Positions 61,381 through 64,000 of a DNA stretch of 64,000 nt are shown here, piece by piece. Each line of letters opens with the position of its first letter. Position 1 is the stretch's first letter. Position numbers and translations under genes: made by a program. The DNA is from Klebsormidium nitens (Eukaryota > Plantae > Klebsormidiophyceae): the NCBI GenBank assembly GCA_000708835.1, contig DF236974.1:112626-176625 (forward strand), read 5' to 3'. The notes beneath the pieces are model-generated. The model was not told the DNA's origin, did not search any database, and saw only the letters and a program-made list of their open reading frames with translations.

Positions 61381-62103
61381 GCTCTCTTTGAGCCGCGTGT
61401 TTTTGGGATGGCCTTGGAGAAGGCGAGGCGCAGGGCAGGCCTTGAGGCGCGTACAAAGCGCAGGATGAGCTTCCTAGAAGGCTTCAGCTTGCAGGGGCGG
61501 CAAGGCGCAGGGAGTTCTTGATGAAGGACGTCTCTAAACTTTGCTGTGCGCTCAAAAGATAGGACAGCTGAGAGGGGTTGCAATGCAACGCAGTGCTTGC
61601 ATGGGCCAGCTAGATGCGACTTGAAAGTTGAAGCTGATCGAGCTTTAGTCCAGCTGGACAACCACATGGGGCGGCCCCTTATAAACATTTATCCAAGGTA
61701 CCGAGCCTTAATTAAGCGGTATATCCGCTAAGCGTTCTTTGTGCTCCTGTTCGGTGTGGCAACTGTCGCAGATTGAGTAATCCCTCCCGCGAGTGAACTC
61801 CCCATGGGGTGTCGATACGTTTGACACAAGTGCCAAGCACCGGGTGACCTCCGCGAGGCAAACGGGCACGACAGGCTGTTCGTGAGCGCCCGGTTGAAGG
61901 ATCTGGGGCCAAATATCGTTGCGACGCGGGGGAACGTGAATTTTGGCTGGTACTGCGGGCTTTTCGGCAGAATGCCGCAGAGGCCACCGCAGAGGTGCGC
62001 TCAGCCTGACAGCTGGCTCGGCTGCAAAAAGATTCCATTTGCTCGACCAATCAGACTCTCACGCAGGGAAATCTCAGCGGCTGAGAGCACTCTGCGGCGA
62101 AAT

Positions 62104-62121
62104 CACGTGTTAGCCCACGTG
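62104..62121. promoter_or_regulatory. Two adjacent G-box/ABRE-like CACGTG motifs ~730 bp upstream of the MGS start
   Basis: CACGTG at 62104-62109 and 62116-62121; CCAAT at ~62047. Short motifs, function unproven. Confidence 0.3.
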
Positions 62122-63178
62122 AGTACACCTTCTGATTTGCGCAAGGCGGGAAGTACCGGTATTGAGACCGGTGTCATTCTCCATCACCTGTAGAGGATCC
62201 CTCTGACCAGGGGTCAGCAGAAAGGGGTTAAAGCCACTGGGTTAATGCCACTGACCCAGCGGTTGAACCGGGCATATGGCTTTCCGGCCGCAGTTCCTCG
62301 CTCTGGTTCCAGATAAAATCGAGATGAAAGCGGCCGGGCCTAGATTGTCTATCGGGTAAACGGGCCGCATCCCGGTATCGAAAACCGGGGACATGAAAAC
62401 ATAACCCTGGGCCTAACAGTCATGTTAAAGTTCAAAACCTTCCGCCAGGGTTTTTAAATCTCCAGGCTGTAACAGACTTGGGTTCCAGAAGGGTCGGGGA
62501 CTGCATTACCTAATGTTATGGCCGACTGGTAATCTAATACCAGTAGTCCAGAAGGGGTCCAAATTTCAAACCTCACGGGCTCACTACAGTGGAGGCCTTT
62601 CTGAAACAATGTGCGAGAACCATGCAAGAATGTGTCACTAGGCGTCGTAGAGAGCAGGAACGACGATTCAACGGATACAACACAATCAATGGCATCAGTG
62701 AAACGGACCAATTGCGCAACTTAACGAGTCAGCGCACTAGCATGAGGCAAGTGTTCAGGCTTTTGAACGTACTTGATGCATTATATTTTACCGGCTCACG
62801 CGTGACAAACTCGAACTTTCAACTTTCTTCTCCAGATTCCTGGCCAAGCAAGCACAAGTCATCCATGTTAGATTCCCACGTACCATGCTGAGCTTCAGTT
62901 AACATGTATGTTCCGACCATTGAAAACATGCTTTGAAATGCATTTCTACAAGGCCCTCTAAGAAACGACCAACATCTACTCGAAACAACCAACATCTTGT
63001 CAGCGACAAGATTCTAATACTTCGTTACTTGTGCAATCAGATCTATGCAACTGGACCAAGTACAGATGTTTTACAAAGCCAAATCAATCGATGCTGCTTT
63101 GCTAGCCTCAACCACGTCCATCCATCCGAAGCATAGGCCGTTGGCCTGCAGTAGGTGAGGACGAGAAGACCTTGACCT

Positions 63179-63788
63179 CTAGCGAAACATCGTAGCGAGT
63201 GAGGGCAGGATGCTCGAGGCCGTTTCGAAGGCTGCCCGGGTCGCCCAGCTGAGGCCTACCCGGATCTTGTGCTCCGTCGTTGGCATTCTATAAGCGTAGG
63301 CTATTTTTCTCGCTGCAGGTAGAAAGAGACACGTCTTTGAGATCCTGCCAGCATGCTACGACGACACGCTTCCTGAAGTAGGGCTGGTGTCCTTCTCGAG
63401 ATGGCAACCGAGTAGGAGAACGTCATGCTGCACCGACCGCTTCACCTGACAATGGGACCTGAATCCAAAATGCGTTTCCTCGACGTGACGCCGCTTCACA
63501 TTGGACAGGAAATCTGGAATCCTCGACTACCACCGTACGCTTAGCCAAGACCATTTGTCATAGCACTATCTTAGCACTCAAATCAGCCACGTTTTTATTT
63601 TACCTTGGGTCACGATCCTACCGGTCAGCAAAGCGATGGAGTCGCCACCGATGGTCAGAAAATGTGGCGCCTCAAGCTTCTCACCTATGCTCCCTAACGG
63701 TCCCTCCAACGTCAGCCCGCCGGGTAGGTTCAACGTCACGGTTCCGTCCTTGGCTCCGAGGGTCATCATCTCCCCCAAGTGCTGGTAC
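63179..63788 (-). CDS. NDC1: Last two exons of type II NAD(P)H dehydrogenase C1 (plastoglobule NDC1); the rest lies beyond the window
   Basis: Exons 63788-63685 and 63312-63179 join in phase 1: RYQHLGEMMTLG..GLTLEGPLGSI|ARKIAYAYRMPTTEHKIRVGLSW..*, matching the NDC1 C-terminus (LGEMMTLG..GLTLEGP..ARK.AY..R.PT.EH). Confidence 0.85.
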
Positions 63789-64000
63789 CTGCAAGCAAGA
63801 TTCTTTATTAGATGCCAGCAAAAAGCACCTTCGTTGCCCCAAGTCGAGCGGGCTTGTGCGAATAAAAGTCCGCAGATTTGATTGACTACGAGATTTGCAA
63901 ACTGCACGTTCCGAAAGTTCGTAAACGGGTTGTGTTCGCAGACACGATAAGAGCGACTGGGCTCTGGAAAAGCAGTGATGTATGCCGTGAATGCTACCGT

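Noticed and set aside
62200-62460. hAT-like transposon terminus (cagggtttttaaa, aaccgg motifs)
   Set aside because: No paired TIR beyond CCAGGG and no 8-bp TSD found.
166-63788. Functional clustering of plastid genes (ABC1K, LPD, DUF3082, mTERF, VanY-like, NDC1)
   Set aside because: They act in different pathways and plastid-targeted genes are common; no shared motif seen.
1-64000. CRISPR arrays, rRNA genes, intact tRNAs, intact transposase or reverse-transcriptase ORFs
   Set aside because: None found; the repeats present are coding low-complexity tracts, short tandem duplications or transposon ends.

Overview
Eukaryotic, intron-rich nuclear DNA with GC-rich exons, most consistent with a streptophyte green alga of the Klebsormidium type. 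That assignment is an inference from gene content (plastid peptidoglycan gene, plant-type NDC1/DUF3082/BPA1/SGS3 families) and GT-AG exon structure. All gene models were assembled by hand from splice sites and phase, and family calls rest on remembered motifs, not a database search. Gene order: ABC1-kinase 3' end (+), RPL9 (-), plastid dihydrolipoamide dehydrogenase (+), a large RD-rich/2xCCCH/GYF/coiled-coil/RING gene (-), an MFSD6-like transporter (+), a 31.6-34.5 kb transposon cluster (long inverted-repeat element plus a CACTA/CMC-like 998-bp element), a truncated inverted copy of an SGS3-like gene (-), the intact SGS3-like zf-XS/XS/coiled-coil gene ending in a RING finger (+), DUF3082 (-), mTERF (+), BPA1-like RRM protein (-), plastid-targeted VanY-type D,D-carboxypeptidase (+), mannosylglycerate synthase (-), NDC1 3' end (-). 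The most striking signal is a possible RNA-silencing/ubiquitin module. Two otherwise unrelated RNA-associated proteins end in the same two-exon coiled-coil + RING cassette with matching intron phases. One of them is an SGS3-like XS protein that sits head-to-head with its own inverted partial duplicate next to transposons.
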